From Hemiscyllium ocellatum (Eukaryota), in NCBI RefSeq assembly GCF_020745735.1, contig NC_083408.1, positions 26,690,484 to 26,754,483 of the forward strand: a stretch of DNA of 64,000 nt, read 5' to 3'. Below the pieces are notes generated by a model. That model did not search any database. It was not told where the DNA came from and saw nothing but the letters and a program-made list of their open reading frames with translations. Position numbers and translations under genes: made by a program. Positions 50,561 to 64,000 of this stretch are shown here, piece after piece. Position 1 is the first letter of the stretch. Each line of letters opens with the position of its first letter.

Positions 50561-52457
50561 TAACGCTGGATCTCTTTCAAATCACCAGATCGTCACCATT
50601 AGACGGTGGGGTGGGGCCCAAAAGTTTAACTTCAGCGAGTTTTGAGCAGATTTGTAGCTCAGGTTGAGGTTCCAGCTCGGCGAGCAAACTTACATCCAGA
50701 AGTTTAACTCTGCTTGTGGGCTGAAGGGCCTGTTCTGTGCTGTACTGTTCAAGTCTTCTCATTCAATTTCTAATTCCACATTCATCCCGTCGTCAATAAT
50801 CTCCTTTGCCTGAAAAGAATCTCTTCTACTGCCTGAAGAACCCCGCCTCCACCGCCTTTCTGAGACAGACTTCCAAATCTTATGAGACAAGAAAAATCCA
50901 ATTATCTCTGCTCTTCAAGGGCTGTCCTTAATTTTAAAACCTTGTACCCTACTTCTGGACTTGTATGCAAGAGGAAATGTCCTTCCCCCAAATCCACCTT
51001 GTCGAGACCATCATATACACTTCAATCAAGTCCTCCACTCCCCCTCCATTCTTCTAAACATCAATCGTACAGGCCCAACCTTTCTTCATAAAACAAACTC
51101 CTCATCCCAAGTATCAGCTTCATACACCTTCTCTCTATCCCACCTCTAGTAAGGATGCCAATTGCTGGGCACAGTTGTCACTTAAAGTTTACTAGGATAA
51201 ACCCTGGTATGGAGGGATTGAATATTGAACAAAGGTTAATCAGGTTAGGACCCTACTCACTGGACTTTGTCAGGATGAGATGATCTCATTGAAACATATA
51301 GGATTCTGAAGGTGCTTGACAGGGTAAGTGCTGAGGGCATATTTCCCCCTCATGGAAGAGTTTAGGACCAGAGGGCATTGTTTCAAAATAGAGGGACACC
51401 AATTTAAGACTAAGGCGAGGAATTTCTTCTGAGGGTTGAGTGTCTTTGGAAATCCTTGCCACAGAGAGCTGTGGAGCAGAGTCCTTGTGAATATTTAAGG
51501 CTGAGATTGATAGTTTCATTATCAGTAGAAGAATTTAGGGTTCTGGAGAGAATACAAGAAAATAGATGTTAGGAATGTTGCATTTCATGATTCTATTGAA
51601 TTGATGAACAGATGCTCTGGACTGAACATCCTGATCTTGTTTTTTCTGGTCTAATTGTCACTTTTCAACCAAGCTTTAACATCACCCAGTTCTTTGTGTG
51701 TAGGCAAGCAGCCTGATTGTTTATCACATATTGCCTCTTCTCATTCCTACTGTTTAAAGACATTGCTCCAAATTCCATATATCCTCCTATTCCATCAGTT
51801 CTTTACTTCCTGCTTGTTATCCTCCCACTTCCCATTTGTTGCTGTTGTTAACGTTGTTTATTGCTATTCTGATGCTACTTTCTCATTGGTGCTGTGTCCT
51901 GTCTGCCCATTCACAGGCCATTAATAAATATCAAAAAAAGCAGTGGTACCGACATTATATATCTGAAAATCAGTTTGCTATTGTTTTCTGTTCCTTTGCC
52001 AATTTTGTATTATGTTGTAATGCACCTTCTAATCCCATGGACTTCAATTTTCCTAACTAGTTTGTTATTGCTACATTGGTACATCAATTTTCAGGAATAA
52101 AGAAAGTCAGAATTTGTTTCTACAGACCTTCGGTGGTCACTATATGTCACAAAGCACCTAGCCAATTAAGTATTTTTGAAGTAGTCACTGTCGTAGGAAT
52201 GGTAGCACCCAATTTGCTTACAGTAAACTCTCTCAAACAACAATGTGATCATGACATAAAAGCAAATTACTGCAGATGCTGGAATCTGAAACCAAAAGAG
52301 AAAGGGTCAGTTTGACTCAATGTCAGCTCTTTTCTCTCCTTGCAGATACTGCCAGACCTGCTGAGATTTTCCAGCATTTTCTCTTTTGGAATGTGATCAT
52401 GACTATTAATTTATTTTGATGATGCTAATTGAAGAATTGCCAGAACACAGGGAAGAG

Positions 52458-52763
52458 ATTAGATTAGATTAGACTTAGATTAGACTTAGTGTGGAAACAG
52501 GCCCTTCGGCCCAACAAGTCCACACCGACCCGCCGAAGCGCAACCCACCCATACCCCTAACCTAACACTACGGGCAATTTAGCTTGGCCAATTCACCTAA
52601 CCTGCACATCTTTGTGACTGTGGGAGGAAACCGGAGCACCCGGAGGAAACCCACGCAGACACGGGGAGAACGTGCAAACTCCACACAGTCAGTCGCCTGA
52701 GTCGGGAATTGAACCCGGGTCTACAGGCGCTGTGAGGCAGCAGTGCTAACCACTGTGCCGCCC
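52458..52763 (-). mobile_element. HE1-like V-SINE (young copy)
   Basis: Nearly identical to 8960-9257. Confidence 0.9.
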
Positions 52764-53547
52764 AGAGCTTCTAGCTTAACATCTCATCTGTAAGAGGGCA
52801 CCTCCAACAGTACCACACACCATCAATGCTACAGTAGGGCCTTATCTTTGATATATTACCCCCTTTTAAATCCTTAACCTCTGAAGTGGGATTTGAAACC
52901 ATAATCATGTGATTCACAGGCAAAAGTGCTACCAAATGAGCTATGGCTGTAAGCGTAACCTTTATCCTTTTGAGTGTATGTTTTAAGCCACCAAATAGAG
53001 TGTAAGGATATAGAGAAGAAAGTTTTTGCAGCAATTTATAACATCATGCAAGAATTAGTGTAGTGATATCAGAATACTTCAATTATTCTAGTATAGAGAG
53101 AGATAATTAGAGGGAGGTAGTTGCAAGACGATGTACAGGAAAACTTGCCTTCATCAGTTTTTCTTTCTATTTGTTCTTGGGAAGCAGCATTGCTGGCTAG
53201 ACTAGATTTGTTGCCTTTCCCTAATTGATTCAACTGTTGTCAAGTACAATGATAGACTTGTTGGATCTAGCATCAAAGATAAATACCATGCCAGACCAGT
53301 TAAATAGAGCAGAGTTTAGTGAACCAGCTGTCATTTTTATTGACAATTGGTGACTGTAACACTGATCAATTATTGTTGAAAACCCATCTAGTTTCCACTG
53401 GAGAGAGATGTGTGGTAGTTTTAACTATTAGAACAGGTGGCAATTACCTGTTGGGTTCAGAGGTCCTTATTTGTTAACTTCAGTGCTTTCATTTTAGGTA
53501 TAATCTGGAGGAATCGTGGGACCTGTATGGAGCAAACGTGGATGTGA

Positions 53548-53769
<222 letters not shown>

Positions 53770-54916
53770 TGAAATAGCTGTGGATAGGATTTGAATCCAA
53801 TCATGTCAGAGGGGGTGGGGGTGGGGATAGGATGGGGGAAGGATAGCAGTGGGATTGGGGTGGGGTGGGATAGGTTAGGTGAGGGAGGGGGGAATGGGGA
53901 GGGGATAACAGAGAGAGAGAGGAGAGGGTGGACGTGAGCCAGAGCGAGAAGGCAAGGAAAAGGAGAGATGTTGGGAAAAAGAGGGGTTGATAGATGGAGG
54001 GGAAATGGTGGTGAGATGGTATGGCGCAAGTGGCTGGGGGTGGTGGAAGGATGGCATGTTGGTGGGATGGAGAGGAGTGGGCGATATGATGGGCAATTGT
54101 GGAGAGGAGTAATGGGAGGAAAGGGGAGAGCCGGGGGAATGTTAGGAGGATAGGGGCGAGAGGAGAGAGAGTGTAGATAGAGGGAGGGAAAGAGAAATGT
54201 GGTGCTGGAAAAACACAGCAGGCCAGGCAGCACCCGATGCCTGGCCTGCTGTGTTTTTCCAGCACCATATTTTTCAACTCTGATACTCCAGCATCTGCAG
54301 TCCTCACTTTCTCCTGGATGGAAGGAAAAAACAGGAATGGATGGAGAGGGAACTTGTGGATGAATATGAGGGAAATGGAGAGTACAGGGATGGTGGAGGG
54401 AATGTTGTTGGGATGGGTAGTGGGAGCGGATGATGAGGGGGAGAGTGGGGAGTTAGTTGTAAGGGAATTAGGACGTGGGCCAATGAGGTGGGGAGCGGCC
54501 AAGAGGGAGGGAGGGATGGAATGGAATGGGAGGGGGGACGGAAGGGGTCAATTGGTGCAAGTGGGAGGACAGAGGTGTGGGCGTTGAATCCAATAGAATG
54601 TGGGGTAGGAGCTTGTTGGTGATCAAGAGGATGGAATATCAGTGAGGTTAGGGTAAATGGTATACGGAATGAACAGTGGGAATGGATCTGAGTATTTACT
54701 GGACCTGCTGCTAATCACTTTTTTTTAATGGACGTCATTAGTTGCTTTGTTTAAATGATTGATTTGTATTTTGATACTGATTTTTTTTTTACTTGTGAAA
54801 TACATATTTCCTGTCCTGACAAATCATATTGTTCTGAATGTGCTTACTAGTCCTGGAGTGAGTGACAAATTAAACTGTGCCCCTTCCTCTGTGCAGATCT
54901 GCTTTAAAATAGCTAA

Positions 54917-55141
<225 letters not shown>

Positions 55142-55635
55142 TGATACCATGTATGTCAGCCCCCGCACCCACATCCCCACAGCAGATTGTACCTATAGCT
55201 TACCAGTTTTATTCACCCTGCTTTGTGCATCAACAAACACAACTCTTGCTTCCATTTTTCTTTGAATTGCTCCTCTTCCTGAATTCTTTTTTTCTAGTTT
55301 TCCTTTCTTTCCCTCTCATTTTAACCCAGATTCTTTTTATCTTTCTGTTCCATCTTCACAGCCTAACAGTTTCCAATGACAATTAAGATAGTCTGTCAGT
55401 AAGGACACTGGCCTTGTTCAGGTGGAACCAGTCCATTCTGTACAAAGTACTTCTGTCCCAGAACTATGTTCCTGTATCCAGTGTTTCCAATCCCAAGAGC
55501 CTCAACCCTTCTCTCATACATACCATGTCACTAGCCCTTTTTTCTACAGTAGACCTCTCCTGCCTTTCAATGGATCCCAGTGCACCAGGAATCTGAACCC
55601 TTTCCCTCTTGCAACATTTCAGAAGGATCCAGTAG

Positions 55636-56022
<387 letters not shown>

Positions 56023-57220
56023 TAGGCCGGGGAGGGACGTGGTCTCTATGTTGTGAATTTTGTGCATTGAGAGTCGTACACTGTGTCCTGTCTGTATTAG
56101 TCATGTGAGGTGAGAAAGAGGTTGGGAGATAAAGTACATGAGAAGCCAATGGGCAAGTACAGGTGAAAATTTAAAAAACCTAATGAGAAAGTTAGCTTTT
56201 CACTCAAAAGGGCTGGATTACAAGTGGTGGAAGTTATATTATTCTCTTGTTTGACCTCTGCTGATACGTTGCATTCCTTTTTGGGTAATGTCTCAGAAGG
56301 ATAGATATTTTTAATCAACTTATTCAGACATGTTATGACACTCCCTGGAGCAGGTGGGACTTGCACCCGGGCATTATGCTCCAGAGATGGGGATGCTACC
56401 ACCTCATCTCAAGATGTGCATATTGGACAGATTGCAGTGCAATTTCACCAGAATGAGAAGGAGCTAACTGGATTCAATTTTGAGATCAGGCTGCACAGCA
56501 TAGGAATGTATTTCTTTTAAGATATGAGGGGTAGGGATGACCAAGTTGAGGTATTCTTGCTTACTGCTTCATTTCACAGTGCAGTTATCTGAGAAAATCA
56601 GAACAAGGGCATTCAACCTTTAGAATTAAACCTAGTCAGTTCAGATCAATCCCCTCAAAGTTGAAAAAGGTGGGGAGACAGGGTTTGGATGAATCTTTCA
56701 AAACAGAGATTGATAGATTTTTGTTACACAGGTGCAATTAAGAGTTTCACAACCAAGGTGAATAAATGAGGTTAACACACACATAGTTACATCCTGACCA
56801 GAATGGCAGAACAGAGTTAAGAGTGTGGTGCTGGAAAAGCACAGCAGGTCAGGCAGCATCTGAGGAGCAGGGGGGAAAAAAGAAATCGACATTTCGGGGA
56901 AAAGCCCTTTGTCAGGTACTCACTTTCGTCTGAAAGGCAGAACGAGGTGTTGATAATGTTAAAACTGCATTGATCCCCATGAATCAATTAGATAACTCAT
57001 TAAGTTTCAATATAATTCAATTTATTGTACAAATCCATCAGTACAATTTTTTGACAAATTTGCTATCTATTTATGTGCATATGCAGATTCAGAATCTCAT
57101 TTTGAAGGGTAGGTAGAATATATTGCTGAAGAGCACCAGTGCTCTTGAATTTGTCTTCTAAAAACTGCAAGCTTCACAATGATTTGGTTTTAAATTTAAG
57201 TAACCATTTCACATTTGTAG

Positions 57221-57448
<228 letters not shown>

Positions 57449-58169
57449 TAATGTGCTACTTTGATAAAGGATCTTAACGGAAACCCAGACATTTCTGCAA
57501 TAGGTTGTGGAAATCAGATTTTAGCACTACAGTTGAAACTGTTTTTACCCATGCTATATCTTTTGGCACTATTTAATTCAGAAAATACCCAGGACAGAAA
57601 CAGGCTCATCCAGTCTTTTTTTTTCACATGAACTATCCAATCTAATACCACTTCTGGAATCTGCCCATACTCCCATCCCGCTGAAAGCCCTTTCCTTAGT
57701 AACTGGTATAATTCTATTCATTCCCCAAAGCCTTTCACATCAATCTAAATCTGAAAAGGAATGTGAGCTAAATGGTAAGAGGAGGATTGAAAGGGGATGG
57801 TGTAGTAATTGACATTCCTAATAGTCTGTTCATTTGAATTTCTTGATGTCAGAGATGTACAGCACGGCAACAGATCCCTTGGTCCAAATCGTCCATACCA
57901 ACCAGCTATCCCAACCTAATCTAGTTCCATCTGCCAGCATCTGGGTGACTAAATCATGCAACGTTGATGCAAACTTGACTCCACAGAGTGAAGACTGATG
58001 ATTTGGGGGGTGGTGTGGTGGGGGGTGTAGACGCTCAGTTCTGCGTGTGTTTTGGGGCAGGGTTAGAGAATTGTGTGATGGTAGACATGACAGAGTGCAG
58101 CTGTGGGTTAAGCTACCGAAACCGATAAAAATGTGAGTGGACTACATTGTCATGTTTTTCTTCCCTCAG

Positions 58170-58211
58170 TACATGGATCGCTTCACAGCAACAAAGAAGA
58201 AATTCTCTTGA
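58170..58211 (+). CDS. LRRC57: LRRC57 terminal coding exon
   Basis: YMDRFTATKKKFS* versus human YMERFTATKKKFA. AATAAA at 58747. Confidence 0.93.
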   Translation, partial: YMDRFTATKKKFS

Positions 58212-60695
58212 AGGTCTGAGCTTCCTCCCTCAGCCATAGATGGTGGTAGTAGTAACCTGCAATAGACCATACTGGGGAGGTAACTCCAATTCATTGAAGG
58301 AGACAATGGAAAGGGCAGTAAATGATATGATGCCGTGGTCCTCAGCCTTGCCTACATTCCAGTTATTGGTGTTAGTAAAACCGATACTGTCTTTAATCTG
58401 TGTATAATGCATTGTACTATCTTCAAGCTGCTGTAAACATGGACATGCAGCCCTGGACAGTCCTGATTTATCCACTACAGTCGCACTTTGTACATAACTT
58501 CTGAATTTGGGAGAGGTGCTGAAATTAGGTTTGTGCATGGGGATGGCTTCAGTTACCTCAAGCTCACCCTCTGCTATGAAATGGTGACTTGCTGGCATAT
58601 AGAGGCTGCTGCTTGGGATCAGACCCGGCACTTCTGCTGCATAGACTTAGCATTTAATTCAAGGTGACAGTGCAGCCAGCTAATCGTGGAATTTAGACTG
58701 CAATCCAACCCTTCATTTCAAACAGCACTTTGTATATTTAAAAAAAAATAAAGTATTTTATGTGCAAGTATTTTCTTGTTTTTTACATTAGATTTGAAGG
58801 GAGCTCAGGTTAGGGGCAGAGTGAGAGTAAAACTTCCTCTGCCCTGCTTGACTATCTAAAAGACAAACTAAAGCATGGGGAAAATTAAGAACCCCTAGTT
58901 ACATTTTAAAGGGTAGTGAGAGGGGTAAACAGGAGCTTGAAATTTAGCTGCATCTCAAAGATAATTCAAAGAGCAAAGAAATTACAAAGGTAACACCAAC
59001 CATACTCTCCCTGCTAGAAATGAGCTCTTTGGCCTAAAGTAATATTCAGTTCAAAGTTACGTATACTTAAGAAAACCTAGAAATCGTTGAATGAAGCTTC
59101 ATCTTTCACTACATAAATAACATTTTTAAAATCAATGCTCTAATCAATTGGTTCAGCAGTCCTTAATCCAATATAACACCAGTTTCATTTCAATCAATGA
59201 CTTAAGGATTTATTTAGAAAAAGAAATGAGATGTTTTCAGGCACAGTTATGTTCGAGTTAGTAATCATTATTTCTATAAAACATTATTAGTTACAATGTT
59301 AGAGAAATTAAGTGCGCAATATGTTACAGCAAGCCCCAAAGCACTAGAAATTAGTCTGTGCAGTCTGACCACTGCTTATTTTCTTTTCTGTACAAGTAGT
59401 TGATAGTAAGTAATGACATGAAGCTGAGGGGCATTCTCCATTTTTAAAAAAAGGCTTTGTGTAGTGACCCTTGCCCAAAGAGACAGCCAGCTTTGCCCAA
59501 GCAACATGAACAAATACAAACATCTACCTCATGGACAGATTATTTCACATTATTTTCCACTTTGAATTCAGTGCCTTTTGGTACCTTCGTGGTCACTGAT
59601 TTCACTTACGAATTGATCATCGGATCAGTACCCTGTCCAGACCCCCAACTGAGGCTTAAAGACAGGTTGGTTGTAGATCAGTAACTCGAATCCAGCAGCT
59701 GCAGTGCTACGGGTACTGGGTGAGATGGCTGAAACTGATAGGAAAGCCAAATAACCTGCAGTTTGCAGTCAACAGCAAGGCCCAGAATGGGTTGGGGGAG
59801 AAGAGAGATTAACAGGCAGTCAGTGGGGTCTGCGCATTTTGAGTATTGACAGGAAAACCTATGATCATGGTGAATAGGAAGACCAAAGCCATGAGGAGAG
59901 TTTAGGGTTTGATGGGAAGGTCCAGGGCCTGGTGGTTTGATAGAAAACAGCATTTCTACAGTCACTATCAAGCAGGAGTAGTTGTTCAAATCAGATTTGA
60001 CTCCCCACCAAAAATCATAATTCTCTCACAGTCAGAGATCCAGCACACATCATATCTTAATACTACTTCCATCCAGAAAACATTCTGGGGCAAAATTAAA
60101 AATAAACTTTGCACTGTAGGAACAGCACCGTTCTAGATCATATACAATCATTCTCCTCCCTTCAGAGCATGCTCCTCTCTAGTCTTACTTTGGCCAATGC
60201 AGTTTTTCTCTGAAAGATCAAACACCAATTTAAGATAACCTGGTGGTATTGAAGTCGAGGGGGAATGCATGAATGAAAGTATAAAGTGGAATTCAAGAAG
60301 AGAGAGATCAGTTTCCCAGATATTGCTTATTTGAACTGCCCACAGTTCCCAGTTTTAACCTTTACAGTTATTCCATTGATAGACCCAAAGAAAAACGCAA
60401 GCAGATGCTCGAAACGTACAATGATTAAACTGCTGCCAAAAGCCACTTAAACTTGAGGCCACTGGGGTGGAAATCAGTCAGCTGACCGACTCCAGAGTTC
60501 AGCTTTGGAGACTGTACACTGATGAAAAACTCCAGGAGTCACTTGGCACCAATCTTACACTAATTCAAAACATTTAACTTGTTTGGAGAAATCAAGATGC
60601 AGAAAGGCATAGGAAGGCAGTGACTCCCATAGAAAGGGATACAGACTGTAGGTGAAGCTGTACATTCGAGGTTAAGTCTGGAGTTCAACTCCGTG

Positions 60696-60761
60696 TTACT
60701 TCTGGATGAGTTTGTTTGCTCTCTGGTTGGCTTCATCAATCCGAGCTTTGTTAGCATCAGC
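60696..60761 (-). CDS. SNAP23: SNAP23 terminal coding exon
   Basis: ADANKARIDEANQRANKLIQK*. Acceptor ttaacag. Candidate AATAAA on the minus strand at 59209-59214. Confidence 0.92.
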   Translation of the reverse strand, partial: ADANKARIDEANQRANKLIQK

Positions 60762-60829
60762 CTGTTAAATACACAGACAGACAGTTAGCATTTGCACCTA
60801 CAATATTTCCCTTCCCACTCCTAATTATT

Positions 60830-61050
60830 CAAGTCCACACCAAACCTCCGAACTGTATCCCACCCAGACCCATTTCCCCTAACTAATGCACCTAACCTAC
60901 ACATTACTGAACACTGAGTAATTAAGCTTGGCCACTTCACCTAACCTGCATATCTTTGGACTGTGGGAGAATGTGCAGACAGTTGCCAGAGTGGAATCGA
61001 ACCCGGGTCCCCAACGCTGTGAAGCAGCAGCAATAGCCACTGTGCCACCC
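60830..61050 (-). mobile_element. HE1-like V-SINE, internally deleted
   Basis: Head and 3' motifs present. Confidence 0.72.
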
Positions 61051-61509
61051 GCACAGAACCAATTTAATTCAGTTTACAAAAATCTGCAGCTGAAATGCAG
61101 ACCATAACCCAACTCTTATCAGGGCAAATGATGACATCAGTAGTCAGTCAGGAGATGAACCATCACGCAGTTCGATTTGGCTACCCTGAATCTGGATTCT
61201 AATAACCTTGCCTAACAAAAATCCATAAATCTCAGCTGTGAACTTTTCAACTGAACCTCATCATTTACAGCCTTTTGAATGTTCCAGACTTACATTACCC
61301 TTTCTGAAATCACCCTTATGAAGGGCCAAACTCTAATTTTAATGCCTCTTGGTTTGGTTTCTCACCAGAAAGCATGTTTCATCATCTTTGAAATAATTGG
61401 ATAAACTTGTAATCAACAATTCACAATTTTAACCCCTATTGTCCTATTCTGGTGCACTGCATTCCCCAAGCCAGTATATCCTTCCTAAGGCGTCACGCTC
61501 ACAACTGAA

Positions 61510-62130
61510 CCATGGTATGCTTGCCTACATTGGACAGGTATTGAGTACAAGAGCTAGCAGTTCATGTTAAAATTATACAAGATATTGGTTCAGCCGCATT
61601 TAGAATACCATGTACAGTTCTGGTCGCTAGACTACCAAAATGGTGTGGATGCTTTGGAGAGGGTGCAGAGAAGGTTTACGAGGATGTTGCTTGATATTGA
61701 AAATGCCAACTATGAAGAGAGGTTGAGTAGGTTAGGTTTGTTTTCATTAGAAAAAAGATGAGGGGAAACCTGATTGAGGTTTACAAAATCACGAAGGGTA
61801 TAGACAGGGTAGATAGGGATAAGCTTTTTCCCAGGGTGAAGGATCCAATAACAAGAGGTCACGCTTTCAAGGTGAGAGGTGGAAAGTTTAAGGGTGATAC
61901 ACGTGGCAAGTACTTTATGGAGAGGGTGGTGGGTGTCTGGAATGCGTTACCAGCAGAGGTGGTAGAGTCAGGCACGGTAGATTCATTTAAAATGTGTCCG
62001 GACAGAGTAGGTGGGGAGCAGAGGGATACAGATGCTTTGGAATGGACGACAGGTTTAGACAATAGATTTGGATCAGCTCAGGCTTGGAGGGCCAAAGGGC
62101 CTGTTCCTGGGCTGTAAATTTTCTTTGTTT
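61510..62130 (+). mobile_element. CR1 3' fragment
   Basis: LYKILVQPHLEYHVQFWS...ERVQRRFTRML and RGNLIEVYKI. Confidence 0.87.
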
Positions 62131-62773
62131 TCTTTGGACTTGTGATACAGTCTAACCAAAGTATAATACAATATACAAGTTCTAGTCTTTTGTAATGATA
62201 TGAATCGTAATCCAATCTAAGCTAGCAGGAGGGGCCAAGCCACACTTAAACACATTATGTAATCTGCTGTTATCTTAATGACTTGCACTTTTAGATAGGT
62301 GTCCAAATTCTTCAAACACAGGAAGCCCCGTGAGCAGGCATTAGCTGTATTTAAAAACTCAAGCTATTCACCCAAAACATTAAAACAATGCTGCCTCTGT
62401 AACAAGAGGTTCGATCTTAGGTTGTTCAAAGGTAAATGGGTTTGACCAATTAGAACTCTCAGGAACTGACAAAATGAAGAAACCCAATAAAAACATCTCC
62501 AAAGCAAAAGGTTAATATTTTATTTTGCCTTGTTTCCACAACATAAATGGGTATTTTCCATAATATGCTATATATTCACTTATTCATCTTTTAGTTAAAG
62601 ATGTGGAGCAAGGCCTGAATTTGGATCCAGTAATTGTGGTAACTTATGGCTTGTTACCTCCCTTTTGGGGAGATACTTGAGACCTTAGGGAACTACAAGT
62701 TACCCTGGAAAAGTAATCTACATTTCAGAAGCCTCAGCAGTTGAGGAAGAGAGGTTGAAAACACAGCAAGTAC

Positions 62774-62918
62774 CTTTCCAGAAATGGAGTCAATCTTTTT
62801 GTTCTGGGCATCTATTTCGTTGCCCATGTCAATTGCCATGTTTTTCAGATTTCCAATGATACTGCCCACTTGCTGCAGATTTTCTTCCATTTCATCTTCT
62901 CGAGAGTCATTGGTTATC
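62774..62918 (-). CDS. SNAP23: SNAP23 exon (second, Qc SNARE motif)
   Basis: [48 protein letters not shown]. Confidence 0.93.
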
Positions 62919-63316
62919 CTAAAACACACCCAAAATTGTCAGGTTATTTCAAAGTGAAGTTTGAAATTTGGTGTGGTGAATGCTTCTCTAACATCTTCTG
63001 TTCTTCATTATTGAAGCAAAAGCACCAGTGAGTCTCGCGCAAGCAGGGGCTATGTGGGAGAATCATTAGGAATTAGGTGGATTCTCCACTTTAGATGGTC
63101 ATCCAAAGAGAGTGAAAGATGGAGAGGTCACACCTGTTCTCCTCTAGGATCAGGGATGGAAAGGTCATGCTGCCCCTTACATACAAATCAAGCTGTTCTC
63201 AGTGGCTGGGGATTAGTGGTGAAAGGACATTTGCTGATCCCAATGTGACAAGTGACACGCGCAGCCAGCCGCCTATGCCCTGAATCTGGACAATGATGCA
63301 GCCCTATCCCTCTTAC

Positions 63317-63472
63317 CTGGCAATGTAGCCTTCTCCTTCACCGCCCCTCCTGGCCATCTCATGGTGATTCTGCGTGTTGCCTGGCTGATTGGAGACAACT
63401 TTGCCTGTGTTCCCATCAGCATCGCTACCCCAGGCTTTCTTGTAAGCATCCCCCATCTCGAAGTTCTTCACC
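63317..63472 (-). CDS. SNAP23: SNAP23 internal exon (linker region); gene continues beyond the window
   Basis: VKNFEMGDAYKKAWG...VVSNQPG...GYIAR versus SNAP23 KNFESGKAYKTTWG...VVSKQPG...GYIKR. Adjacent to LRRC57, as in other vertebrates. Confidence 0.9.
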
Positions 63473-64000
63473 CTGAGAGAGACAGACAGAAATGTAACAA
63501 TTAGTTTTGAAGGATTCATTCTGTGTTGGAGGGGGGATTGGTCCCTGTAATTGTCCAATTGGGGTGGGGGCACAAAAAAAAAGGTAGAAGGAAGTAAGTG
63601 TGTATTTTATTGGCTAGAAAGCCCTTTGGGACACTGGGGTTGTGAACTGCAGTGTGTAAAAGACTTCTCTTCAATGCCGAACATGAATCTCTTCATTTGT
63701 CCTCCTGCAATAGTCTGCACTGCAATCTGGATTTCATTCCAAACCTGGCAAGCAGGTTTATACAATGATCGTGGGACAATCCAGACTATTTAGAGATGGC
63801 TGGTTAACAAATTAGGGGAGATTGTGCTGATTGTTCACAGATTGGGGAGTTGTTTAGAAGACATCAAATACAAATTGGAGATCTGGTGATGTGCAGAGAG
63901 ATGCATCAGGGGTATGCAACTGGGAAACGATCTAGGATGAGCAAATATTGTAGGGTGAGGTTTGGTGTAAATAAAAATATTCCTGGAGGTCGGGGATGGG

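Noticed and set aside
60696-63472. SNAP25 as an alternative identity
   Set aside because: The linker sequence (KNFE...AYK..WG) and adjacency to LRRC57 fit SNAP23.

Overview
Eukaryotic genomic DNA, most likely from a cartilaginous fish (shark). The taxon is inferred from HE1/V-SINEs with (TCTAA)n tails, abundant CR1 LINE fragments, DeuSINE remnants and Penelope-like elements. Five spliced protein-coding genes were reconstructed by hand with consistent GT-AG junctions and exon phases. (1) EEF1AKMT3/METTL21B-like methyltransferase (+, 3252-13740, 3 coding exons, 249 aa). (2) VPS18 (+, 20062-32338, 5 exons, 975 aa). (3) HAUS2 (-, 49333-37389, 6 coding exons, 207 aa). (4) LRRC57 (+, 53602-58211, 5 coding exons, 238 aa), which shares a CpG-rich bidirectional promoter with HAUS2. 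(5) The last three exons of SNAP23 (-, 63472-60696). Introns and intergenic DNA are dominated by retroelements. The most notable unannotated signal is a population of short Penelope-pLTR-derived insertions, often flanked by target-site duplications and often self-inverted, which carry minimal hammerhead-ribozyme motifs from several sequence families. There are also two local DNA-level duplications: an ~840-bp composite segment copied into VPS18 intron 4, and a 120-bp copy of a HAUS2 splice acceptor pasted into a CR1 fragment in the same intron. All homology calls rest on recalled protein and repeat sequences, not on database searches.
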